From Ascoidea asiatica JCM 7603 (taxonomy: Eukaryota; Fungi; Ascomycota), in assembly GCA_001600695.1 (NCBI GenBank), contig BCKQ01000001.1, positions 1,874,340 to 1,938,339 of the forward strand: 64,000 bases of DNA, read 5' to 3'. The number at the start of each line of letters is the position of its first letter. Position 1 is the first letter of the stretch. The notes under the pieces are model-generated. The model did no database searches and had not been told where the DNA came from. It saw only the letters and a list, made by a program, of their open reading frames with translations. This document shows, one piece after another, positions 34,797-45,211 of this stretch. Made by a program: the position numbers and the translations under genes.

Positions 34797-37260
34797 TTAC
34801 AGACTAAATAATTTATTATAAAATTCTTTCATTAAAAATTCAACATCTAATCCAACTGCTTTTAATTCACTTAATTGAATTTTTGTACTATAAATATATT
34901 CATCTAAACTTGTTTTTTCTTTTTTTAAACTTAAATCAATATCATAAACTTGTTTTCTTAATAATTCTAAATGATCTTGAATTTGATTTATTGACCAATT
35001 TACTATTAAACTTTGATATTCTAATTCTGGAAAACAATCTTTAAATAATAATACAGTTGATTTAATACATTGAAATCTGATGATAGTAATTTGATTAATA
35101 TAATCAATTAATTCACCATTAATTTCAATTCTATCAATTAATTTTAAAATTAATGAAGATTTTGCATTTAATAATGAATTTTGAGCTTTTGCAATTAAAT
35201 TTAAATTTTTTAATTGAATAATTAAAGATTTTGTTGAATTTGTATTATTATTATTTGATAAACTTGAAAAATTACTAATTTGTCCATTAATTTCATAAGT
35301 TATATTATTAATTAAATCTGTAACTCTTTGATTAATTTTCATTTTTAAAACTTGTAATAAAATTAAAGATTCTTCAATTGAAGTTGATAAATTATCATCA
35401 ATATCATTATTATTATTATTATTATTACTACTATTTTCATTATTATTATTTTCAAAATTATTTAAAATTGAATTTGAATTTGAATTTGAATTTGAATTTG
35501 AATTAGAAGATTTTGAATTATTATTATTATTTGAATTTTTATTTAAACTTGATAATTTATTTAAATTTTTTTCTGAATTTGATAATTTTTTTTTTAAATT
35601 ATTTATTAAATCAACAGATTCTTTAAATTTATGATGAGCAATATTAACATCTAATTCATCAATATAATTATTAATATTTTTTAAATCATTTATTATTAAA
35701 TTTATATCATTTGGATAAATTGAATTACCTATAATTAAATCATCATTATTATTAATTTTATTAGGAGAATTATTATTATTATTATTATTATTATTTTCAT
35801 TATTTATTGAAAGAGATCTTGAATGCATTCTTGCAGTTAAATCTTGTAATAAAGCTGAATTTCTTTTTAATCTTGAAGAATTATTTGTAGTTGGAGTTGT
35901 ACTTGGAGAATTAGAATTTGAATTTGCAGATAAAATTGTAATTGAATCTCTAATTCTTCTTTGTTTTATAGATTCTTGTTCAGTAATATTATTTAATTGA
36001 ATTTTAGCTTTTTTAAAATTTGAAACAATTTTAATATAATGATCAAATTTATCAGTTTGATAAATATAACTTAAAGAATGATATTTAAAATTTATTGTTT
36101 TATTTTTACCAATTGAATTATTATTATCAGATAATTCAATTAATTTAACTTCTCTTAATGGCCAACATTGTTCAGCAATTAAATTTTGAGAAGAATATGA
36201 ATTTAAATTACTTGAATCAAGGATATTATTATTAATATTATTATTGCTTAAAGAATTAATTTGAGAATTATCAATTTTTGTAGATGTATTCTGGTTACTG
36301 TTGTTATTTTGAGTATTATTTTGATTAATATTTGATTGAAAATTATTTTTAAAATTTTTTGAAGCAATTAAAATATAATCATTTAAAATAAAAATTTGAA
36401 TAGATTTTATTGGTTTCCAAGTTGCAGAATTTAATTCTAACCATTTACCACTATCAGTTAAAACATGTCTACCAGGTATTGAAGTTAAATATCTTTGAGC
36501 ACCTTCAACATTTTTAAATAAAGAATTTAATTCATTTGTCCATTTTTTTTCAAGTATCATTACTGAAGATCTATCTCTTTTATTTCTTCTATTTGTATTA
36601 ATTGTTAAAAAATTTGGATTTTTTTTTGGATTTATTAATTGTTTATTATTATTATTATTATTATAATTTGATTGAATTTCATTTGAAGAAATTTCATTTG
36701 AAGAAATATCATTTGAAGTAATAATTGTTGGTAAATTTAAATTTATATTATTATTATTATTTGATTGTTGAATTTCATTTTCAATTTGAATTCTAGCAAC
36801 AGCAGTTTCATTCATTTGAATAATAATTTCATTTAATTTATTAAAATTAATTTTTAAAAATTTTAAAAAATTTTCAATTTTTAAAATATTTTTAGAAACA
36901 TTTAAAATTTTTTCATAAGAATTATTAATATTTGATTCAATATCTTTATCTAATTTAAAATTTAAATTTTTTAATTTTTTTGTAAAAATTTCAATTTCAT
37001 TAATATTTGAATTTTTTAATTTTGAAGTTATGAAAATTTCTGGATTAAAATTATTTAAAGATAATGCTAAAGATATACTTTTTCTTTTTAAATTTTTATT
37101 AAATTTTGGTGAAGATAATTTTTTTTTTTTTGGTGATTGATTTGGAGTTGTATTTGAAATATTTTCATAACTTGAAAAAGTTGAAGTTGAAATATTATTA
37201 TTATAATTTAATAATTGAGGATTTAATAAAGATAAATTCAGGTTTTTATTGTTATTATTG

Positions 37261-37291
<31 letters not shown>

Positions 37292-37928
37292 TATTGGCGG
37301 TTAATTGTTTTGAATTAAATATTAAATCATTTGCATTTAAAGGTAAATCAGGAGTTGAATTATTAATATTATTGATATTATTATTAATATTATTAATATT
37401 ATCAAAATTCTCAATATCATTTGATTGATATCTCATTGATAATCTTCTTTGAACTAATTTTGTTAATTTATCATTATTTTGAGTAGTTTTAACAGAAAGA
37501 TTAGATAAAGATAAATCACTATTATTTGAATAATTTGAATTATATATTGGTAATTGAAGATTTTTATTTATATTATTACTTGATTTAGTTTTTATACTTG
37601 ATTTACTTTTAATTTTAGTAATGTTATTATTATTATTATTATGATTATTATTATTATTATTATTATGATTATTATTATGATTATTGGTGTTATTTTTTTT
37701 TGAAATTAAGTAATTATTATTTATACTATTTACATTTTGAATATTATTTATATTATTAGTAATAGTATTGTTATTATTATTATCATTTGGATTTAATTGA
37801 TTTCTATATTTTGATAAATTATCATTAATATTAAAATTTGAAGCAAATTGTTTCCAATCACCAACTGGAGCTCTACTTTTTCTTAAAGAATATTTATCAG
37901 GACCTTGACCAGGTGGAGCCAATGACAT
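34797..37928 (-). CDS. EXO84: Exocyst subunit Exo84
   Basis: SLRKSRAP..W N-terminus, VQRRLSMRY, RDRSSVMILEKKW..EL..LFKNVEGAQ, GRHVLTDSGKWLELNSATWKP (PH domain), LKAVGLDVEF. Confidence 0.93.
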
Positions 37929-38132
37929 TATGAAATGTAAATATATATAAGTATCTTTTTATTAATATATAATGATTGAAATGATTGATTGATTGATTGA
38001 TTGATCTCCTTTAATTGGAATTGTTTATGAAAACAGGTGTAAAATGAGTTGTTGTCCTAATTGGATCAGATATAATAAAAGAAGAAATTTATTGACTATA
38101 AAAAAAGAAGAAACAACTGCAAAAAAAACAAA

Positions 38133-38230
38133 TGCTCTGGGGGAGGCTCGAACTCCCGGCCTTCAGCACACCCACAACACTGGTAGTACTGCTATGAGGC
38201 TGATGCTCTAGCCAACTGAGCCACCAAAGC
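38133..38230 (-). tRNA. Elongator tRNA-Met(CAT) with a 24-nt intron (38169-38192)
   Basis: Acceptor stem GCTTTGG/CCAGAGC, D-arm GCTC/GAGC, anticodon stem TCAGC/GCTGA with CT-CAT-A, T-arm GGGAG-TTCGAGC-CTCCC. G1:C72 and TTC loop indicate elongator, not initiator. T8 Pol III terminator follows. Confidence 0.93.
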
Positions 38231-38636
38231 CACTTTGTTGAACACAGAAACAGCAACAGCAGCACTCAATGGTAAACTGATTTGATGAGGCCAGTTGAAA
38301 TAAAAAGAGTCACGTTTCGGTGTCTTTTTAAGATTGGTTTAATCACAATTGGTAATTGGGTAATTGTGATATTTGTTCATTCTGTGTAAGTATTACTGTT
38401 ATTACTGTTATTACTATTACTATTACTATGCTAATTACTGTGTTTATGTTTATGTTTATGTTTATGTTTATGTTTATTATTACTATGTATGTGAGGTATC
38501 TGATGATTAATGAACTTGAATTATATCTAATATCTAATATCTAATATTTAGTATTTAGTATTTAGTATCTAATTGATAAGTAATTGAATTTGTATTAATG
38601 TGTATTGAATGTGAAATGATTGAGTAGTGATTGAAG

Positions 38637-39242
38637 TTAATTTAAAATTTCATAATCTTTTAAAGCCTTTTTAACATCTTCATAAACTAAATCAACAGAT
38701 TTATCACAATCTATTTTAACAACTTTATTAAATTTATTAAAATATTCAATAACTGGCATTGAAGTTTCAATAAAAGTTTTAAATCTTTTTTTAATACTAT
38801 TAATATTATCATCAATTCTACCACTAGTGATACCTCTATGAATTAATCTTTTTTCTAAAATTTTTTCATTACAATTAAAAAAAATTATTAATTTTGATTT
38901 AATTATTTCATTTTCAAATGTTTTTGCTTGATCCATTTTTCTTGGAAATCCATCAATTAAAAAAAAATTTTTTTTTTTATTAGAATTTTTAATAATTAAA
39001 GAAATTGAATTTTTTAATAATTCAATTGTAATATATTGTGGAACTATTAAACCTTCTTTAATATAATTATCAATTAATTCTCCATATTTTGAATTTTTAC
39101 GTTTTTGTTCTTCTCTTAATAAATCTCCTGCTGATAAATGATTAAATTTAAATTCATTAACTAATTTTGAACATTGTGTACCTTTACCAGATCCAGGTCC
39201 ACCTAAAATGAAAATAACTGAAATATCCTTAAATTCTTCCAT
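38637..39242 (-). CDS. URA6: UMP-CMP (uridylate) kinase
   Basis: VIFILGGPGSGKGTQC, HLSAGDLLREEQ, FLIDGFPRKMDQA, RGITSGRIDDN..SIKKRF. Confidence 0.94.
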   Translation of the reverse strand: MEEFKDISVIFILGGPGSGKGTQCSKLVNEFKFNHLSAGDLLREEQKRKNSKYGELIDNYIKEGLIVPQYITIELLKNSISLIIKNSNKKKNFFLIDGFPRKMDQAKTFENEIIKSKLIIFFNCNEKILEKRLIHRGITSGRIDDNINSIKKRFKTFIETSMPVIEYFNKFNKVVKIDCDKSVDLVYEDVKKALKDYEILN

Positions 39243-39624
39243 CCTTTATCTCTATCTATCTCTATCTATCTATATTATCTATATTATCTATATTCTTTGA
39301 TGATTATTATATCATTTATTAACAATACTTTCATATTCTTTTATTATTCATTCTCTTAGCCATGCAATTACAATTACAATGTTAATATTATCTTTGGTAC
39401 CATCTGATTGGTTCATTCCATACCGTAATTAATGAAATTTAAAGCTAAATTAGAAATAAACACGAAACAACTCGAAATTACGAGAAAAGAAGAATAGAAT
39501 AATAGAATAATAGAAGAATAGAAGAATAAAAGAATAGAAGAAACAAGAAATATTAAACAGTTAATAGAGTCAATCAAGAGTAATTGAAGAATATTAATAT
39601 TCAAATAATAATTGAATGATATAA

Positions 39625-41406
39625 ATGAGTGATAAATTATCTCCAAAAGAACAAGTTAGATTAACTTGGTTATCAAAATATGATAATAAAGAGAATGATA
39701 ATGATAATGATAATGACAATGATAATGATAATGATAATGACAATTCAAAGAAAAGAAAATTATCAATAGATAATAAGGATAAGAAAGTAGATAATGATAG
39801 TAGTGATGATGATATACAATTTATATCTGAATTTAAAAAAATTAAGAAAAATAAAGATTTTAAGAATATTGAAATTATAAATCTTTTAAGTGATAATGAA
39901 GATTTTAATGAAGATATCAAAGTATCTGAAATAAAAAATATTGAATCACCAATAAAATTAATAAGAAATCCAAATTTACCAGGTAAAAATTCAATAAATT
40001 TAAAAGAATTATTTTCAAATACAATTTATAAAACTTATATATTTTCAATGCAAATTGAATTAAATTTTTTATTATCAATAATTTTAAAAAATTTTAATAA
40101 TAATTTAAATAAATTACCTGAATTAAATTTAATTACACAAGATTTATTTAATTTAAATGAAATTTCATTATTAATTAAAAAAAAAATTAAAATAATTAAT
40201 TTAAATTTAAAAAAATGTATATTACATCATTCAAAATTTATTATAAATTTTCATAATTTTAAAAATTTAAAATATATTGAAATTATAATTTTAACAATGA
40301 ATTTAACAATGATTGAATTTCAATCAATGGGTGAATGTCTTTGGAAAAGTGATTATTTACCAATAATTGAAAAAAATAATAATAATATTAATAATAATAT
40401 GAAGAAGATTGGAATGAATTTTAAAAATGATTTAATTTATTATTTAAAAAATTATAATAATAATATAATTAATAATTTATGTAAAGAATTAAATTTATAT
40501 AATTTTAATTCAATTAAAGCACATTTTATTTCTTCAAAACCAGGATATGATTTAACAAATAATTTTGGATATAAAAAATTAAATAAAATTTTTATTGAAA
40601 ATAATCTTAAAATTGATGAAACTATTATTAAAAAACCATTACAAATTTTAGGACATTGTAGTAGTTTAGCATCAAGTTTTAAAATAAATTTTAAAAAATC
40701 TGAAGTTTCAAATATTTTTACACATATTTTATGTCCAATTCATTTTGAAAATTTTAAAATACCTTTAAATAATGGATTAAATTCAATTTTAATAAATTTA
40801 AAAAATTTTAATCCAATAATTTTATTTCCAACAAAAAAAAATATTAAAGAAAGTATTGGAGGTGAAAAAATTTCTGGATCATTTATTTATTATAATAATG
40901 AAAGTAAAAATGGTAAATTACAACATAATTCATTATTAAAAAATTTTTTTTTTAAAAGAAATTTAAATGAAGAATCTAAATATAATCCAATTAAAAATAA
41001 AGAATTTATTAATAATCATGCAAAAATTTTAACAAGTTCAAATGATTATAATATTAAATATGATAAAAATAATAAATTTGTAAAAGAGATAAATTTTAAT
41101 AATTTAAATTATATTATGATTGGATCATTTAATTTAAGTAAAAATGCATGGGGATATCCTGGTAAAAATAATGGATTTAATGGTGGAAATTGGGAAGTTG
41201 GAATTTTAATTAATCCAGAATTATATGAAGAAGATTATAAATTTAAGAAAAAAATAAAATTTAAACCAATTTATGATGATAATAAATTTATTAATAATAA
41301 TAATAATAATAATGATGAAGTGATAATACCTATACGATTACCATTTAAATTTCCAATATTAAGATATGATGATGATGATGAACCATTCTCAAAACAAATA
41401 TTTTAA
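39625..41406 (+). CDS. TDP1: Tyrosyl-DNA phosphodiesterase 1
   Basis: Two HxK phospholipase-D motifs (HHSK, NHAK), SFNLSKNAWG, NWEVGIL, LPFKFP..Y...DEP. Confidence 0.88.
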   Translation: MSDKLSPKEQVRLTWLSKYDNKENDNDNDNDNDNDNDNDNSKKRKLSIDNKDKKVDNDSSDDDIQFISEFKKIKKNKDFKNIEIINLLSDNEDFNEDIKVSEIKNIESPIKLIRNPNLPGKNSINLKELFSNTIYKTYIFSMQIELNFLLSIILKNFNNNLNKLPELNLITQDLFNLNEISLLIKKKIKIINLNLKKCILHHSKFIINFHNFKNLKYIEIIILTMNLTMIEFQSMGECLWKSDYLPIIEKNNNNINNNMKKIGMNFKNDLIYYLKNYNNNIINNLCKELNLYNFNSIKAHFISSKPGYDLTNNFGYKKLNKIFIENNLKIDETIIKKPLQILGHCSSLASSFKINFKKSEVSNIFTHILCPIHFENFKIPLNNGLNSILINLKNFNPIILFPTKKNIKESIGGEKISGSFIYYNNESKNGKLQHNSLLKNFFFKRNLNEESKYNPIKNKEFINNHAKILTSSNDYNIKYDKNNKFVKEINFNNLNYIMIGSFNLSKNAWGYPGKNNGFNGGNWEVGILINPELYEEDYKFKKKIKFKPIYDDNKFINNNNNNNDEVIIPIRLPFKFPILRYDDDDEPFSKQIF

Positions 41407-41718
41407 AATAATTGAATAAATAATTGAATAAATAAATAAAAATATTGGAATTGAATAAATAAATAAAAATATATATTGGAATTGACGAGACCAGGTTTAG
41501 GGGACTGCTTGAAATGAAATGTTTCTGCTTACGTAACCGCTGAGTCACGCGCCGGAGAAATTGAAATGAAACCACAAAAAGAAGAAAGAAGAAAACGAAA
41601 TTGAAATGGAATTGAAAATGGAATTGAAAATGGTTGAAGAGAGAAGAGAGACGAGAGAACAGAGAACAGAGAAGAGAGAACAATGTCAGTGTCAGTGTCA
41701 GTGTCAGTGTTAGTGCCA

Positions 41719-42093
41719 ATGACTTCTTTCAGAGCTTTCCATTCACTTTCAGTCAATTATTCAATCTCAAACAACAGAAACAAAAAGAATGGAAATTATT
41801 TCATTCATCATCTTTACAAAATTAATCAAAAAAGATCATATCAAAATAAATCAAATTCTGAAGATACTGGAATCTTCAAAGGTTTATGGATTAGATATAT
41901 GAATTTACCATATAAATTAAGATTATATATTGCAACTTCTACTTTTATAGTGGCTTTAATTGGTGATTATCTTTCTGAGAAGATTTACGAAAGGAATACT
42001 TCCATTGAAGTAATTGAAGATGCTTCTTCTTCTTCTGCTTCTTCTTCTTCTGCTTCAACATCTTCATCCTCGTCATCTTCATCCTCGTCATAG
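41719..42093 (+). CDS. Small uncharacterised protein, likely mitochondrial with one transmembrane helix
   Basis: Basic, acid-free N-terminus from MTSFRAF; hydrophobic LYIATSTFIVALIG; host-like codons. The upstream ATG at 41683 runs through a (GTGTCA)n microsatellite. Confidence 0.55.
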   Translation: MTSFRAFHSLSVNYSISNNRNKKNGNYFIHHLYKINQKRSYQNKSNSEDTGIFKGLWIRYMNLPYKLRLYIATSTFIVALIGDYLSEKIYERNTSIEVIEDASSSSASSSSASTSSSSSSSSSS

Positions 42094-42410
42094 TCTTCTT
42101 CAATATAATAACTTGAAATAATATTTTTATTCCCTTTTAAAGGCATCAATTTCCGCTTCACCTGTTTTTAAACTCCACTTCCAATGAAAAACTTTCCCGA
42201 TTGGTTTTAAATCTCCGCTTAAAATAACTGACTAATTTTTATTACTAATCTAAAATATTTTATTCGATATTTAATTTACTTATTCATCTTACTGTATATA
42301 TACTCTATATATATATATATATATATATATAACAATAAACATTCACATTCCTATTCATATTCATATTCATATTCATATTCATATCTCATTTAATCATATA
42401 TTATATAAAT

Positions 42411-44180
42411 ATGAGTTCAATATTAAGAGAAGAAGATTTAAATGATTTCATAACTCCAGGTTTAGCTTGTATTAAACCAATATCAAATAATAATATTACT
42501 GAAAATAATAATAATATTAATAATAATGAAGAAATTGAAGTTAAAATTAATGATAATGGTGAAATTTTTGAAATTTCAAATATTAATGGTAATTTAAATT
42601 CAAAAAAATTAAATATTGCTCAAATTTCATTATCTGATTGTTTAGCTTGTTCTGGTTGTATAACTTCTGCAGAAGAAATCTTAGTTCAAAATCATTCTCA
42701 TAAAAAATTTATTAAAGATTATAATAATAATAATAATAGTCAAAAAATATCTTTTATTGTATCAATATCTAATCAATCAAGAGCTTCATTAGCAAATTAT
42801 TTCAATTTATCTATTTTTCAATTAGATTTAATTTTAATTCATTTTTTTAAAAATATTTTAAAATTTAATTATATTATAGGTACTGAATTATCAAGAATTT
42901 TAAGTTTATATTATACTTTTAAAGATTTAGATAATATAAATAATAAAAATTTAAAATTATCTTCTATATGTCCAGGTTGGTTATGTTATGTTGAAAAAAC
43001 TCATCCTTTTATAATTAAAAATAATTTTTTATTAAATATAAAATCTGAACAACAAATTTTAGGTTCAATATTTAAAAATTTATCTTCAATTTCTTTAAAT
43101 AAATCAATTAAAAATATTTATCATTTAACTATTATGCCATGTTTTGATAGAAAATTAGAAGCTGCAAGATTAGAATCTTTTAATAATAATATCATCAATG
43201 ATATTGATTATAATGAAGATAATGTGGATGTAGATTGTGTAATAACTGCAAAAGAATTAATTGAATTAATGAAAGAATTTAATAATCCAATTGAAGATTT
43301 AATTCAAAATGTAATTTATAATAATAATAATAATAATAATAATATAATATTAACAAGAGATTATATGAATAATGAAATTTATAATAAATATATACCAAAA
43401 AATTGGCCATTTAAACCAATTGAATCTTGGTTAAATAATTCATTTAATTTAAATTTAAATAAATCAACTTCTGGTAATTATTCATATTTATATTTATTAT
43501 ATTTAAAAAATAAAATTTTAAATATTAATAATAATAATAAAAATTTATTAATTGAATTAAAAAATGGTAAAAATTTAGATATTTATGAATATAATTTAAT
43601 TAATTTAAATAATAATAATGAAATTTTATATACAACTGCAGTTATTAATGGTTTTAAAAATATTCAAAATTTAATAAGAAAATTAAAAAAAAATTCAAAA
43701 GAAAATGATAAAAAAATTATTTCAAAAAAAATTTCAAATAAAATTTCAAATAGAATTTCAAATAGAATTTCAAGAAATAATATACGAAATTTAAATAAAG
43801 ATAAAGATAATATTTTAAATTATAAATTTGTTGAAATTATGGCATGTCCATCAGGATGTATAAATGGAGGAGGACAATTAGATTTAATTGATAATAATGA
43901 AAGTGAAGGTGGTAATGGTAATGGTAATGGTAATTATACATTTAAAGAAAAAATTAATAAAGTTATAAATAAATATAATGAAATTGAAGATATTAATATA
44001 AATGAATTAGATTTTATTAATAATAATTTAAATTGTGAAAAAATTGAAAATTTTGTTAATAAATTTTGTAATGAATTTAAAATTTCAAAAGATAGATTAT
44101 TAAGAACAAATTTTAAACCATTAATTAATGATAATGATAATAATAATGATAATAATACTTCATTATTTAGTACATGGTAA
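42411..44180 (+). CDS. NAR1: Cytosolic Fe-S cluster assembly factor Nar1 (hydrogenase-like)
   Basis: DLNDFITPGLACIKP, ISLSDCLACSGCITSAE, SSICPGW..YVEKTHP, MPCFDRKLEAAR, EIMACPSGCINGGG, C-terminal STW. Confidence 0.96.
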   Translation: MSSILREEDLNDFITPGLACIKPISNNNITENNNNINNNEEIEVKINDNGEIFEISNINGNLNSKKLNIAQISLSDCLACSGCITSAEEILVQNHSHKKFIKDYNNNNNSQKISFIVSISNQSRASLANYFNLSIFQLDLILIHFFKNILKFNYIIGTELSRILSLYYTFKDLDNINNKNLKLSSICPGWLCYVEKTHPFIIKNNFLLNIKSEQQILGSIFKNLSSISLNKSIKNIYHLTIMPCFDRKLEAARLESFNNNIINDIDYNEDNVDVDCVITAKELIELMKEFNNPIEDLIQNVIYNNNNNNNNIILTRDYMNNEIYNKYIPKNWPFKPIESWLNNSFNLNLNKSTSGNYSYLYLLYLKNKILNINNNNKNLLIELKNGKNLDIYEYNLINLNNNNEILYTTAVINGFKNIQNLIRKLKKNSKENDKKIISKKISNKISNRISNRISRNNIRNLNKDKDNILNYKFVEIMACPSGCINGGGQLDLIDNNESEGGNGNGNGNYTFKEKINKVINKYNEIEDININELDFINNNLNCEKIENFVNKFCNEFKISKDRLLRTNFKPLINDNDNNNDNNTSLFSTW

Positions 44181-44231
44181 TTAATTATACAATTATATAC
44201 TTATATAATTTATGTATATATATATATTTAT

Positions 44232-44432
44232 TTAAGATTTCTTTAAAGACATTTGAACACAATTTTTAAAAATAATAAATTCATTTTGACAAATTTTATT
44301 TGAAATATTTTTATAAGATTTTAAAATACAATTTGCATAATCTTGACCAGATTTTGAACAATTTATTGAAGAATTTAATAATTTTTTTGCAGGTCTAATT
44401 TTTAAAATTTCTGGTTTTCTTAAATTTGTCAT
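44232..44432 (-). CDS. Twin-CX9C microprotein, NDUFAF8-like complex I assembly factor
   Basis: RPAKKL....CSKSGQDYANC...CQNEFIIFKNC: two exact CX9C motifs with Y..C and C..EF..FK.C residues typical of NDUFAF8. Confidence 0.78.
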   Translation of the reverse strand: MTNLRKPEILKIRPAKKLLNSSINCSKSGQDYANCILKSYKNISNKICQNEFIIFKNCVQMSLKKS

Positions 44433-44658
44433 TATAATTTGTATTTGTATTTGTATTTGTATTTGTATTTGTATTGATATTGTTATTGATATTTATATTT
44501 ATATTTATATGATAATTGATATTGAAATTAATATTGATTTAATAGAAATTATATTCCTTGATTCATTTCTAATTGAGAATTGTTGTTGTTAATTGATTTA
44601 AAACCAGTGAAATTGTCTTTAAAAAGAAATATTTTCAATAGTTTTCAATTCTCAGTCT

Positions 44659-44717
44659 CCAAATTCACCAAATTCACCAAATTCACCAAATTCTCCAAAA
44701 TCACCAAAATCACCAAG
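44659..44717 (+). repeat. 9-bp minisatellite (CCAAATTCA)n, about 6 copies
   Basis: Directly visible; it generates the shadow ORFs KFTKFT/GEFGEF. Confidence 0.85.
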
Positions 44718-44898
44718 TTCTTTAAGAATATCAGAAGCAGAAGAAGCAGAAGAAGCAGAAAAAACGACAACAACAACAACAACAACAACAAGATTTGCCT
44801 CTCGACTCATCACACTTTTTTTGATCTTCGATTGCGGAGAAGATTTAAATAAAACAAAGTCACATGACCAGAATGACTCAGCAATTATGTAATCAGAA

Positions 44899-45033
44899 AG
44901 CATCCACGTTTGTGGTCTCAACTTAGAGCATCCATGTTACTGGTCTCATTAAAGGAGATCCAGGAGATTGGCCTCTAATAAGGAGTACCCCAATGGCGGT
45001 CTCGTTTATAAGAGATCCATGTTCTTGGCCTCT
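44899..45033. repeat. Five-copy 28-bp tandem dyad array, GAGATCCA-N6-TGG(T/C)CTC consensus
   Basis: (T/C)GG(T/C)CTC recurs at 44913, 44941, 44969, 44997 and 45026 (period 28, 28, 28, 29). Confidence 0.85.
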
Positions 45034-45211
45034 GTTTTCCATTCATTCAACATTTCACTCTTCTCCAGATAATTTGCCATCAGAAAGAAATAAATAATAG
45101 AAATAATAGAAATAATAGAAATAATAGAAATAAATATAAAACAATAATGCATATTCTGTATTTTATAATTAATGAAAAGAAAATAAAGTAATCAGTAATA
45201 ATCATTTCATA

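Noticed and set aside
39243-39430. Possible upstream exon or intron for URA6
   Set aside because: No TACTAAC-like branch point on the minus strand, and the ORF already starts just before the conserved first beta-strand.
44899-45033. CRISPR interpretation of the repeat-with-variable-core array
   Set aside because: Eukaryotic context, variable parts only 6-8 nt, degenerate repeats and no cas genes.
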